Shown: positions 27,767-36,573 of the stretch, one piece after another
How the letters are laid out: each line of letters starts with the position of its first letter
How positions within the stretch are numbered: the first letter of the stretch is position 1
IMG/VR virus record: IMGVR_UViG_3300009159_000084
Span: 1 to 56,816 of that record
Length of the DNA: 56,816 bases
Source of the DNA: a virus
Lineage: Duplodnaviria; Caudoviricetes
Strand: one strand, 5' to 3'
Made by a program: the position numbers and the translations under genes
Notes under the pieces: model-generated
Database searches by the model: none
What the model was told of the DNA's origin: nothing
Seen by the model: the letters and a program-made list of their open reading frames with translations, nothing else

Positions 27767-28078
27767 ATGAGCACTGCAATCGACATCAAGCCCGGCACGA
27801 TCTTCAAATCGTCATGGGGATATGACCAAACAAACATTGATTTCTACAAAGTCGTCAAGACCTCGGCAAAGTCTGTGTGGCTGATCAAGGTCGGTCAAGA
27901 AATCCTGAGCGAATCAATCTATGGCGAGGAAGTAGTTCCCGCCGATGGCTACGAAATCGGTAAGACGTTTGTTCGTCGCCCACAGTTCTACGGCGAAGAT
28001 CCTTACGTTTCAATTTCTAGTTATGCCGGTGCTTCAGTCTGGAACGGCAAGCCTGCTACTCAAACTCACACGCATTAA
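27767..28078 (+). CDS. Conserved phage hypothetical protein
   Basis: G.IF.SSWGYDQTNIDFY.V motif. Confidence 0.7.
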   Translation: MSTAIDIKPGTIFKSSWGYDQTNIDFYKVVKTSAKSVWLIKVGQEILSESIYGEEVVPADGYEIGKTFVRRPQFYGEDPYVSISSYAGASVWNGKPATQTHTH

Positions 28079-28093
28079 GTTGCAACACGCCCA

Positions 28094-28157
28094 CCCCGGT
28101 GCGTGACACCAAACCGGGGTTTGATATACTGGTTATACAACGAGGGACGGGAGACCC
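28094..28157 (+). promoter_or_regulatory. CCCCGG-N14-CCGGGG promoter plus GGGACGGGAGACCC
   Basis: TG-a-TATACT at 28122-30; 14-mer at 28144-57. Confidence 0.75.
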
Positions 28158-28160
28158 AAA

Positions 28161-28553
28161 ATGACCACAATTCGCACCCCAGAAATCACCAAGCACGACA
28201 AAGAAAACCGCTCAATCGAAGCAATCTGGCACTCAACAATTCCCACACTGAGCGGGAAAGAAGGCCAAGCAGCCATCGTGCTAAACACTCACCACATCAA
28301 ACAAGCCAAGCGCGTAGTCACAACTCTGAAATACGTCGAAATCGTTGAAAGCCCCGGCTACCGCGTAGTCAGGTGGGAAACCGGCTGGCCCATCGTCCGC
28401 ATCGGCGACGAAAAGATCGCACGTTACTCAGTCAAGGAACTTGAAGAAATCTTTCAATTCCACATCGAAAACATTTCCTCCTACGCTCGCGGCAGCAACG
28501 TCGGAGAACTCGTAGCAGCCATCCAACTCACAGAACAGGCGGTAGCATCATGA
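28161..28553 (+). CDS. Hypothetical protein
   Basis: ORF after the start-associated sequence. Confidence 0.65.
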   Translation: MTTIRTPEITKHDKENRSIEAIWHSTIPTLSGKEGQAAIVLNTHHIKQAKRVVTTLKYVEIVESPGYRVVRWETGWPIVRIGDEKIARYSVKELEEIFQFHIENISSYARGSNVGELVAAIQLTEQAVAS

Positions 28554-28723
28554 AACAACTCGTCACTCAAATCATTGAATACGAATCCGGCGAACTTTCC
28601 AACGTAGAAATCGTTGAACTGTTCCAAGAACTCGTCGACACCGGAGTCCTGCACCAACTGCAGGGAAGTTACCAGCGCACAGCCCGACAACTATTCGAAG
28701 AAGGATTCTTAGTCACCCCATAA
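28550..28723 (+). CDS. Conserved small phage protein
   Basis: YESGEL...LFQELVDTG...LQGSYQRTA. Confidence 0.6.
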   Translation: MKQLVTQIIEYESGELSNVEIVELFQELVDTGVLHQLQGSYQRTARQLFEEGFLVTP

Positions 28724-28760
28724 CGCACACCAACGGCCCTCACCCCGGTACACTGACACG

Positions 28761-28919
28761 ATGGACAGTGACGCCGGGGTGATCGCTAATCTGACGCCGC
28801 TCGGAATATGGGCAGCACAGATACACGAGTTTTACACGGCATTGCAGGACGCAGGCTTTACAGAAACTGAAGCACTAACATTAGTGACCGGGATGCTCGC
28901 GCAGCCCGACAACGACTAG
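28761..28919 (+). CDS. Small hypothetical protein
   Basis: HEFYTALQDAGFTETEAL; leaderless-type -10 box. Confidence 0.55.
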   Translation: MDSDAGVIANLTPLGIWAAQIHEFYTALQDAGFTETEALTLVTGMLAQPDND

Positions 28920-28934
28920 CGTGGCGGGAGATTC

Positions 28935-30455
28935 ATGGCACCCCGGGTTGATCTAGGAGAACTAGGCACCTCTGGTCTTAAGCGGACCAGCGGATTTGTC
29001 TATGACGAATTCCTCACCCGACTACGCGGAATTCAGGGTGTACGCACCTACCGCGAAATGTCGGACAACGATCCCGTCATTGGCGCCGTGCTGTATGCCA
29101 TCGAGAAAGTTATTACCCGCCTTGAATGGCGCGTCGATCCCTACCGCGACAACACCCCTGACGGTGAACCAGACACAAACGATGTAGAAACCGCTGAGTT
29201 CATTGAATCATGCCTCAACGACATGAGCGACTCATGGGACTCAACGCTGTCACAAATTCTTTCCATGTGCATTTACGGTTGGTCATTCCACGAAATCGTA
29301 TACAAGCGCCGCATTGACCCCGAACAAAAAGATCCATCAAAGCGTTCAAAATACACCGACGGTAAAATTGGTTGGCGCAAGTGGGCTATCCGTGGCCAAG
29401 AAACACTCTACCTATGGACGTTTGATAAAGACGGCGGCATTCAAGGAATGCAGCAAGTCGATCAATACAGTGGACACGGCAACGTAGAGATCCCTATCGA
29501 AAAGGCTCTGTTATTCCGCACCACTGCAGCAAAAAACAACCCTGAAGGCCGCTCACTGTTGCGTAACGCTTTCCGCCCTTGGTGGTACAAGCGTCGCATT
29601 GAAGAAATTGAAGCCATCGGTATCGAGCGTGACCTTGCCGGTCTCCCAATCGCAAGCGTCCCACCGGAATACCTGTCAAGCACTGCCACTGCTGAACAAA
29701 AGCAAGTACTTGCAGCAATTCAGCAAATGGTCACGTCGATTAAACGCAATGAAAACGAGGGCATCGTTTTCCCAATGGTGTACGACGAATCAGGCCACAA
29801 ACTGTTTGACCTGACCCTGTTGAGTAGTGGCGGATCACGCCAATTCGACACAGACAAAATCATTTCCCGCATGGATGCCCGCATTGCTATGAGCGTCCTA
29901 TCGGACTTCATTCTCCTCGGTCAAGATCGCGTGGGTTCATTCGCTCTCGGTGCAACAAAAATGGATCTATGGTCCATGTCCGTTGACTCTATTGCTAAAA
30001 CCATTGCAGATACCGTCAATCAGCACGCCATCCCTCGCCTACTACGCTTGAATGGCATGGACGCTAGCCGTCCGCCCGTGCTGCAATACAGCGAAGTCGC
30101 GCACGTTGATCTTGCTGAGATCGCGGACTTCGTGGCGAAGATGACAACCGCTGGAGTGCTCGCACCGGATCCCGCTCTGGAAGATCACTTGCGTGAAGTT
30201 GCCGGTCTTCCACCCGCTTCGCATGACTTCCAAGACAGCGGATCGGGGCAGATGAGTGCCGATGACGTGAAGAACCTCATGGCCCTCCCGCCCGCTCAAC
30301 GTATCGTGGCTGAACGTACCGGTATTGTTCCCGATAAGCCTGCATTCCCCGGCGCACTGCCGAACGTGCAAAGCAAGAATCAGGAAAACAAACCGTCGTT
30401 CCCGGGTTCAGGTAACAACACTGAAAAGCCGGGCACTGATACCGCAACGGAGTAG
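28935..30455 (+). CDS. Portal protein (DUF935/Mu gp29-like)
   Basis: YREM..ND, YGWSFHEIVYK, NPEGRSLLR, GIERDLAG.P, GSFALG, IPRL..LNG. Confidence 0.88.
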   Translation: MAPRVDLGELGTSGLKRTSGFVYDEFLTRLRGIQGVRTYREMSDNDPVIGAVLYAIEKVITRLEWRVDPYRDNTPDGEPDTNDVETAEFIESCLNDMSDSWDSTLSQILSMCIYGWSFHEIVYKRRIDPEQKDPSKRSKYTDGKIGWRKWAIRGQETLYLWTFDKDGGIQGMQQVDQYSGHGNVEIPIEKALLFRTTAAKNNPEGRSLLRNAFRPWWYKRRIEEIEAIGIERDLAGLPIASVPPEYLSSTATAEQKQVLAAIQQMVTSIKRNENEGIVFPMVYDESGHKLFDLTLLSSGGSRQFDTDKIISRMDARIAMSVLSDFILLGQDRVGSFALGATKMDLWSMSVDSIAKTIADTVNQHAIPRLLRLNGMDASRPPVLQYSEVAHVDLAEIADFVAKMTTAGVLAPDPALEDHLREVAGLPPASHDFQDSGSGQMSADDVKNLMALPPAQRIVAERTGIVPDKPAFPGALPNVQSKNQENKPSFPGSGNNTEKPGTDTATE

Positions 30456-30457
30456 TT

Positions 30458-31576
30458 ATGGCGTTGACCATTGGTGGCAAGGGTCGCAATCCCGGCGGCT
30501 CTGGCCCTCAGGCCCCGCTTACCCCGTTGGAGCAGTCGCTCACTGAGCGTGTTGCTGCAGCATTGCGGGTATTGGGCACACAGATGGATCCCGATGCTTA
30601 CGCACGCGCTATAACGGCTCTTGATCCCGATCTGTTGGAACGTTTGCTTGCAAACATCAACATGGATCGCATTGACATGCTTATGCGTGACACGATGCGG
30701 GGCATTGTTATTAAGGGCGGCACTGAAGAGGCTCGCCGTATTTTGCGTTCTAATCCTCGAGCACAGTTCAACATGGATTCCGCTCTTGCCTATACAGGCC
30801 AGAAACTTGAATCAGGCATTATCCTGCCGGGTAGTCAACTGCCACCCCCTCCCGGTATCGAGTTTGCTCTTGAAACCCCCGTTGAGCGAATGTTTAACAC
30901 GATCAGCACCCGGGCGACCGATTATGCGACAACACGATCAGCGCAACTCGTGCGCGAGATCACTGACGCTAACCGTCTCGCTATTCGTCAAGTAATCTCA
31001 CAGGCATTCACAAAACCTCGGACAGTGGACGCTACAGCCCGTGAACTACGGCAAATTGTTGGCCTTCATCCACGGTGGGCTCGTGCCGTGCTGAATTTTG
31101 ATGAAAAGAATTTCACGGCCATGGTGAAGGCCGGTGTGTCACTCGATGATGCCCGTGCCCGTACCGATAACTTGACGAAAAAGTATCGAGATAAGTTGAT
31201 TCGTCGCCGCGCTGAAATGATTGCCCGCACTGAAGTGCAACAGGCTCAAAACTTTGGTCGCGCTGCATCATGGGAGGCGTCAGATAAAGCCGGTCTCGTG
31301 GATCCCACCTCGATGAAAGAATGGCGCACGGCGCCTCGTGGGTCGAGTTACGGGGAGCCATGTGACGAATGTGCTGCTATGCGGGGCACGCGGGTACCTT
31401 GGAACGGAACGTTTGGTAATGGTGACGTAATGCCACCGGCTCATCCTCATTGCCGCTGTACAGCCGTTCTTGTCCCGCCTACTCGTGGGCTTGAAGGATT
31501 ACCTTCTCAGGATCTTGGTTCATGGATTACTCAATTGGATGCGTTGGAAGCGCAAGATGCGGCGGTTACCTCATGA
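30458..31576 (+). CDS. MuF/SPP1 gp7-like head morphogenesis protein
   Basis: RAEMIARTE, K.W, CDEC, PPAHPHCRC. Confidence 0.88.
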   Translation: MALTIGGKGRNPGGSGPQAPLTPLEQSLTERVAAALRVLGTQMDPDAYARAITALDPDLLERLLANINMDRIDMLMRDTMRGIVIKGGTEEARRILRSNPRAQFNMDSALAYTGQKLESGIILPGSQLPPPPGIEFALETPVERMFNTISTRATDYATTRSAQLVREITDANRLAIRQVISQAFTKPRTVDATARELRQIVGLHPRWARAVLNFDEKNFTAMVKAGVSLDDARARTDNLTKKYRDKLIRRRAEMIARTEVQQAQNFGRAASWEASDKAGLVDPTSMKEWRTAPRGSSYGEPCDECAAMRGTRVPWNGTFGNGDVMPPAHPHCRCTAVLVPPTRGLEGLPSQDLGSWITQLDALEAQDAAVTS

Positions 31577-33399
31577 CCGAAATCTATTTTGAGCCCGGTC
31601 TTACTCCCGTTTTGAAGCATCCCGGTCATTCCGATCAAAAAGTTCATGGGCGGCGCGGCCCCGGCGTGTCAGTAAAACCTGAAGTCGCTGGATCCATCCT
31701 TGAGCGGGTAAAAGCCAATGGTGGCTTGTCGGTGAACATGCTTGACGGGTCGGAGCCAACTACTGGGTTCATGGTCGCTAAGGGCGGCACTAAGGGCGAC
31801 ATCGTTGATGCGGATGAATTCTTTGACGCTAAGAAAGGTCCGGCTCATCTTTCATCATTTTTGAAGACACATAAAGCGTCCCTAACTAAGGGTTCATACC
31901 TCGGGTTATGGCACAACACTGAAGATGGTAAGGTCTACCTCGACGTATCCGACAACATCAAGGATCGTGGGAAAGCAATAACTGCAGGGAAACGGCGTAA
32001 CCAGATTAGTATTTGGGACGTCGCTAATTTTAAGGAGATCGGTACAGGTGGCACAGGAGAACTCGCCAAAGAAATTGCAGGCAGTGGAGTTGCCGGATTT
32101 GTCGACGGCTACGGACGAAGAGATCGACAAGTACGCGCAACAGATCTGGGAGAAGTTCGCTCAGACTCAGTAGTCGTAAAGTTTGCTCCCGGTCTTGTTC
32201 CTTTGTTGAAGCACGGTGATCTTTCACGCCCCGGGTATGCGGCAATGCACCCCGATAGTCAAGGACGAATCGGTGTACACACCGGTCGACGCACTGACGC
32301 AAAAAATCAAGCAAAAGCAGATGCAAACCTTATTCATGAGGCGACCTCGCTGGAGGCGCTACCTGCCGATATGCAAGGTCGAGTCAACGAAGGTCTCACA
32401 ACCCTCGGTATTACATCAGATCAAATGGATGCAAACATTGAAGCAACCCTCAGTCGAGCCAATATCGACGGAGCAGATCCCGCTGGACAAAACTGGTACG
32501 GCGACGCAAACGCCGCATCTAAAGACATATCAGAACGATATGGCGTAACTCATGAACAATCCGCCGGGATGATTGCAGCGACAAGCCCACAGCAACCGTG
32601 GGGCGATAACGTTACAGCGGTTGAATACATGGCTAAAGCAACAAAAGAAAACCACGAAATTCAAACTGGCGCCCTCATGGATCACCAACGCACTAAAGGC
32701 AAGGGCGATACTCGATCACTTTACGAATGGGCAAAATCGGAAGTAGATGGCCGCACTATGGATGGCGAAATACACAACATGCCGGCCATTGCAGAACTAC
32801 AGGGCAAGCGCATGTCGGACATTAAAGATCCTTATGTGCGGGCCGCTTTGATGAAGGCTCAAGCCCAAATGGGTTACCGTGTTTCAGGTATCGGCACAAA
32901 TAAAGATGGGCAATCGTTGAAAACGGTTGACGATCTCACCGGTCTTGTAGCCCCCGTCAAATTTACTTGCGGCGTTCAACATCTTGGCCGTGCGGTGAGG
33001 ATTTCTGATGGAGAGCAACCGGACATGGTGCTTAATGGGCATAAAGTTCGTTCGTTCTATAACAACATTCGCAATCCTAAAAGTAAGCACGATGACATTA
33101 CGGTTGATTCTCATGCTTTCAGTATTGCGATGGGTAAAAAGTACGGTTCGGGGTCCGATGAATACAAGTATTTCAGCGGTTCGGGTTGGAAGGCACGCGG
33201 TGCCTCACCGGTTTCGAACAAAACGCTTGGGGTTTCGGGTCTTTATCCCGCGTTTGCTGACTCTTATCGCCGGGTAGCAGCAAAACATGGACTGTCAGCG
33301 CATCAAGTGCAATCCATAACGTGGGTTCAATGGCGTAAAGACAACCCCGATCAAACTCGTGGTGGACAAATGGCTAGGGAGGCCGCAAATGCCGGATAA
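31573..33399 (+). CDS. Two-module head-associated polyprotein (tagged domain plus HhH-like domain)
   Basis: F.PGL.P.LKH leader twice; HPGHSDQKVHG tag; C-term WY..SPQ.W..N / KVRSFYNNI / TVDSH / QSITW; ATGA-coupled to MuF. Confidence 0.7.
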   Translation: MTEIYFEPGLTPVLKHPGHSDQKVHGRRGPGVSVKPEVAGSILERVKANGGLSVNMLDGSEPTTGFMVAKGGTKGDIVDADEFFDAKKGPAHLSSFLKTHKASLTKGSYLGLWHNTEDGKVYLDVSDNIKDRGKAITAGKRRNQISIWDVANFKEIGTGGTGELAKEIAGSGVAGFVDGYGRRDRQVRATDLGEVRSDSVVVKFAPGLVPLLKHGDLSRPGYAAMHPDSQGRIGVHTGRRTDAKNQAKADANLIHEATSLEALPADMQGRVNEGLTTLGITSDQMDANIEATLSRANIDGADPAGQNWYGDANAASKDISERYGVTHEQSAGMIAATSPQQPWGDNVTAVEYMAKATKENHEIQTGALMDHQRTKGKGDTRSLYEWAKSEVDGRTMDGEIHNMPAIAELQGKRMSDIKDPYVRAALMKAQAQMGYRVSGIGTNKDGQSLKTVDDLTGLVAPVKFTCGVQHLGRAVRISDGEQPDMVLNGHKVRSFYNNIRNPKSKHDDITVDSHAFSIAMGKKYGSGSDEYKYFSGSGWKARGASPVSNKTLGVSGLYPAFADSYRRVAAKHGLSAHQVQSITWVQWRKDNPDQTRGGQMAREAANAG

Positions 33400-33550
33400 C
33401 ACAATTGATACACGCACTAACCCGGAAGAACTTGGTGACCTTGTAGCCCCATGGGATCGCTTTCTTGACGGTGAATCTGCAGCATTCTATGACTTAAGTG
33501 AGGAAGAGCAAAGAAATGCAAAAGCAAACTTCCCTTTGCTCTGTCCATAA
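33389..33550 (+). CDS. Small acidic protein, candidate immunity
   Basis: RBS AGGGAGG; 53 aa, D/E-rich; overlaps upstream stop. Confidence 0.5.
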   Translation: MPDNTIDTRTNPEELGDLVAPWDRFLDGESAAFYDLSEEEQRNAKANFPLLCP

Positions 33551-33598
33551 CGCGGTAACCTTAGACAGACCAAACCCTGATTTGAATGAGGCCAGAGC

Positions 33599-36571
33599 GT
33601 GACTGATACAGCGACCCGTCTTGCGGGGCTCTCGGATGAGCGCCTCATGTCCCTACACAAAGCAGCGGACAAAAAAGCCCCTGTCGACGCGGCCCAAATT
33701 GAAGCACATCACCTTATTGCTACAGAATTGTTGAAGCGCGGACTAGAACACGGCCATAATGACGATTCTTGGGCCTCTGCAGTCATCATTAAAGACACTG
33801 TAGGCATTTCCTCACCGGAAGAAATTGACGCCCCAGAGGGCATGGAAAAGGCTTGGGCTGAAACGCTGAAAGATGGCGGCACGGTCTCAATTTTGCTCAC
33901 AGTTGACGGTTACGTCCTCAAAGCAGATCCAACTGTCTCCGATGTCCACGTCGATGCCGTAATGGGGGGCCGTCGCCGTCGCCCATTAGACAAAGCCGAA
34001 TGGAAAGAGGGAGACTTCGCGGTCTGGGGTTCCTCCGGCGGATCAGCCAGAGGACAGATCGAGCACATCATGCGGGAAGGAGTCCTCGGTATACCCGATA
34101 GCGACTTTAGTATTGAAGCCACGGAAGATGATCCGGCTGTTCTGCTGCGGATCTTCCGTAAAGGTCCTAAAGGTTGGGCTGCAACAGAGACCCTCGTAGG
34201 TCACAAGATGTCTGCCCTTAACCCCATCGAAGACTTGATTAAGGAAGCGGGCTATCAAGTACCCGAAGGGGTGCAATCCGCTGCTAAAACTGCCCTCAAG
34301 TGGATCGCTGATGGTCAATCGGGTGACGGGTTCACGTCAGTTGGTAGAAATAGAGCCGATCAACTCGCCTCCGGTGGAACTGTAAGTCGCGCAACCCTCG
34401 TTAAGATGAGGGCCTATTTCGCTCGACATTTTGTGGATAAAGAGGCTGAGGGATGGGGAGACCGCACTGATCCAACCCCCGGTATGGTTGCTTGGTATGC
34501 GTGGGGCGGTGACGCTGGCCGCACATGGGCGAACACAATACTAGGCAAGGTCGAGAAGCGCGCCATCCCAGAAGCGATCACAGATCTACACATAAACATT
34601 GAAAACCGTCAGCACGCTATAGACGAATATTTGTATGGCCCAATGAATCCTGAGGAGCCCGGTGACTACTGGGAGCGACTGGGCGCAGTTTGGGATGTTT
34701 CCGCAGAAGAGGCTTTCACAACCCACTGCGGAAATTGCTCTGCCTTCAACATCACGCCAGAAATCCGCACCGCTATCGCTGACGCTATCGGGGAAGGCGG
34801 CGAAGAGGTAGTAACCTCCGCCGACCTCGGCTACTGCGAACTGTTTCAGTTCAAATGTGCTGCCGCCCGTTCCTGCTCCGCTTGGCTGGTTGGGGGGCCA
34901 ATTGGATTATCCGACGAAGAAGAAGATGGGGAGATTGAACTTCTTGCCTCCATGGATCAACAAGATCTTACAGATTTTGCTAGTTACGCCTACCTCGCTG
35001 ACGAAAACAGCATAGACAAGGCTGGTAACCCTGAATCGTTGCGCGATTATTGGCGCGGCGGCGGCAAGGGCAAAGTGTCATGGGGTGCCGGTGGAGATTT
35101 TACTTCATGTGTCGCCGCTGTAGGCAAGTACATGAGCAGCGAGCAGGCTAAGGGCTATTGCGCTATTCGTCACCGTGAGGTTACGGGAATGTGGCCGGGA
35201 GATAAGCGCAACCGTATGAAGAAAGAATCAACCGTTGTGTTGAAGCATCCGGGTCACAGTGATCAAAAAGTTCATGGCGGTCATGGTGGTGGCGCGGGTA
35301 CTGATCTTTCCCCTGAAGGCAAGACTCTTATCAAGCAGAATCTTTCACGCGGCAATCTTGTCGAGTCCTACGGTGCGTCATATGATCACGGCAAGGCGGC
35401 AAAAGCATTTGGTCAAGATCACGTCGACCGTAAAGTAAGCGAGTCCGTTGGTAAGCGCGATGCGTTGATCAGTCAACACGCCGGTAAGACACGTTCTCAC
35501 GCTACTGAAGGTGCGGCGTTTTCTGTTGCCTCACATCAAGGTTTCATTGATGGGGCCATGGGACGTAAAGCACAGTTTGCTCGGTCACATAACTTTGGTG
35601 AAACTGTCGCTGGATTCTTTGGCGCTGGCCTATCTGGTGCGACTAAGGCTCGTGAACCGTTCGAGAAACATCCGGGTCACTCTGATCAGTCAGTCCATGG
35701 CCGTAAGGGTGGAGGATCTGCAAGCGCTGGGGCTAAGGCTCCCGCAAAGGTCGAACCTAAGACTGGTGTTAAGCGTCCCGGTATGGGCGACGGTACAAAA
35801 GTAAGCGACGAAGATTTTGCTAAATTAAAAGACGGATCCGCTGGGGCGCATATTATTGGGCGCGACAAAAACGGCGCTCCTATTTTCACCCCGGAACGTC
35901 AAGCGCTCCACGATAAAATTGTTCTTGACTCAGTAACAGGGGTGCCTACTTCAAAAGATTTGACTTACAGTATGCTCGGGGGAGGCCCCGCTGCTGGAAA
36001 GTCAAGCATGGAATCCAAAGTTATTGGTGACTATAGAGGGAAAGCCGTTGCCGTTAATTCAGACAACGTAAAAGTGCAACTTCCTGAATTTCAAGCAAAA
36101 ATTGACAGCGGCACTACTGGTTCTGAAGCCGCAGCGTTTGTGCATGAAGAATCTTCATACGTTGCAAAACGTGTTCAACAAGCCGCATTTGAGCGTCGTC
36201 AAGACGTTGTGCTTGATGGCACGGGTGATTCAAGCGCTGAAGGTTTGCAGGGAAAAATAGATAAAGCGCATAAACTTGGTTATACAGTCAATGGATATTA
36301 CGCGACTCTTCCAACTGAGACTGCCGTTCGGTTAGCGAAACAACGCGAAGCAGAAACTGGTAGAGGTGTTCCTGAACACACTATTAGAGGGACACATAAA
36401 TCAGTTTCGCAAGTTTTTCCAACTGCGGTTAAAGGTATGGACAAAATTCAATTATTTGATACGTCTGATTTTTCGGCAGGCCCTAAATTGATTGCCGAGG
36501 GAAGTAAAGGCCGTTTAATTATCCGCGACGCGGATGCTTACGAGTCTTTCTTAAATAAGGGGAATGAATAA
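33599..36571 (+). CDS. Multidomain head-associated polyprotein with C-terminal zeta-toxin (P-loop kinase) domain
   Basis: GGGPAAGKSS, VNSD..K, HEES, VVLDGT, R..ETGRGVP; two HPGHSDQxVHG tags; several small upstream domains. Confidence 0.8.
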   Translation: MTDTATRLAGLSDERLMSLHKAADKKAPVDAAQIEAHHLIATELLKRGLEHGHNDDSWASAVIIKDTVGISSPEEIDAPEGMEKAWAETLKDGGTVSILLTVDGYVLKADPTVSDVHVDAVMGGRRRRPLDKAEWKEGDFAVWGSSGGSARGQIEHIMREGVLGIPDSDFSIEATEDDPAVLLRIFRKGPKGWAATETLVGHKMSALNPIEDLIKEAGYQVPEGVQSAAKTALKWIADGQSGDGFTSVGRNRADQLASGGTVSRATLVKMRAYFARHFVDKEAEGWGDRTDPTPGMVAWYAWGGDAGRTWANTILGKVEKRAIPEAITDLHINIENRQHAIDEYLYGPMNPEEPGDYWERLGAVWDVSAEEAFTTHCGNCSAFNITPEIRTAIADAIGEGGEEVVTSADLGYCELFQFKCAAARSCSAWLVGGPIGLSDEEEDGEIELLASMDQQDLTDFASYAYLADENSIDKAGNPESLRDYWRGGGKGKVSWGAGGDFTSCVAAVGKYMSSEQAKGYCAIRHREVTGMWPGDKRNRMKKESTVVLKHPGHSDQKVHGGHGGGAGTDLSPEGKTLIKQNLSRGNLVESYGASYDHGKAAKAFGQDHVDRKVSESVGKRDALISQHAGKTRSHATEGAAFSVASHQGFIDGAMGRKAQFARSHNFGETVAGFFGAGLSGATKAREPFEKHPGHSDQSVHGRKGGGSASAGAKAPAKVEPKTGVKRPGMGDGTKVSDEDFAKLKDGSAGAHIIGRDKNGAPIFTPERQALHDKIVLDSVTGVPTSKDLTYSMLGGGPAAGKSSMESKVIGDYRGKAVAVNSDNVKVQLPEFQAKIDSGTTGSEAAAFVHEESSYVAKRVQQAAFERRQDVVLDGTGDSSAEGLQGKIDKAHKLGYTVNGYYATLPTETAVRLAKQREAETGRGVPEHTIRGTHKSVSQVFPTAVKGMDKIQLFDTSDFSAGPKLIAEGSKGRLIIRDADAYESFLNKGNE

Positions 36572-36573
36572 AG

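Noticed and set aside
17389-28157. Repeated elements as a CRISPR array or IS ends
   Set aside because: They are irregularly spaced, separated by whole genes and degenerate, with no cas or transposase genes.
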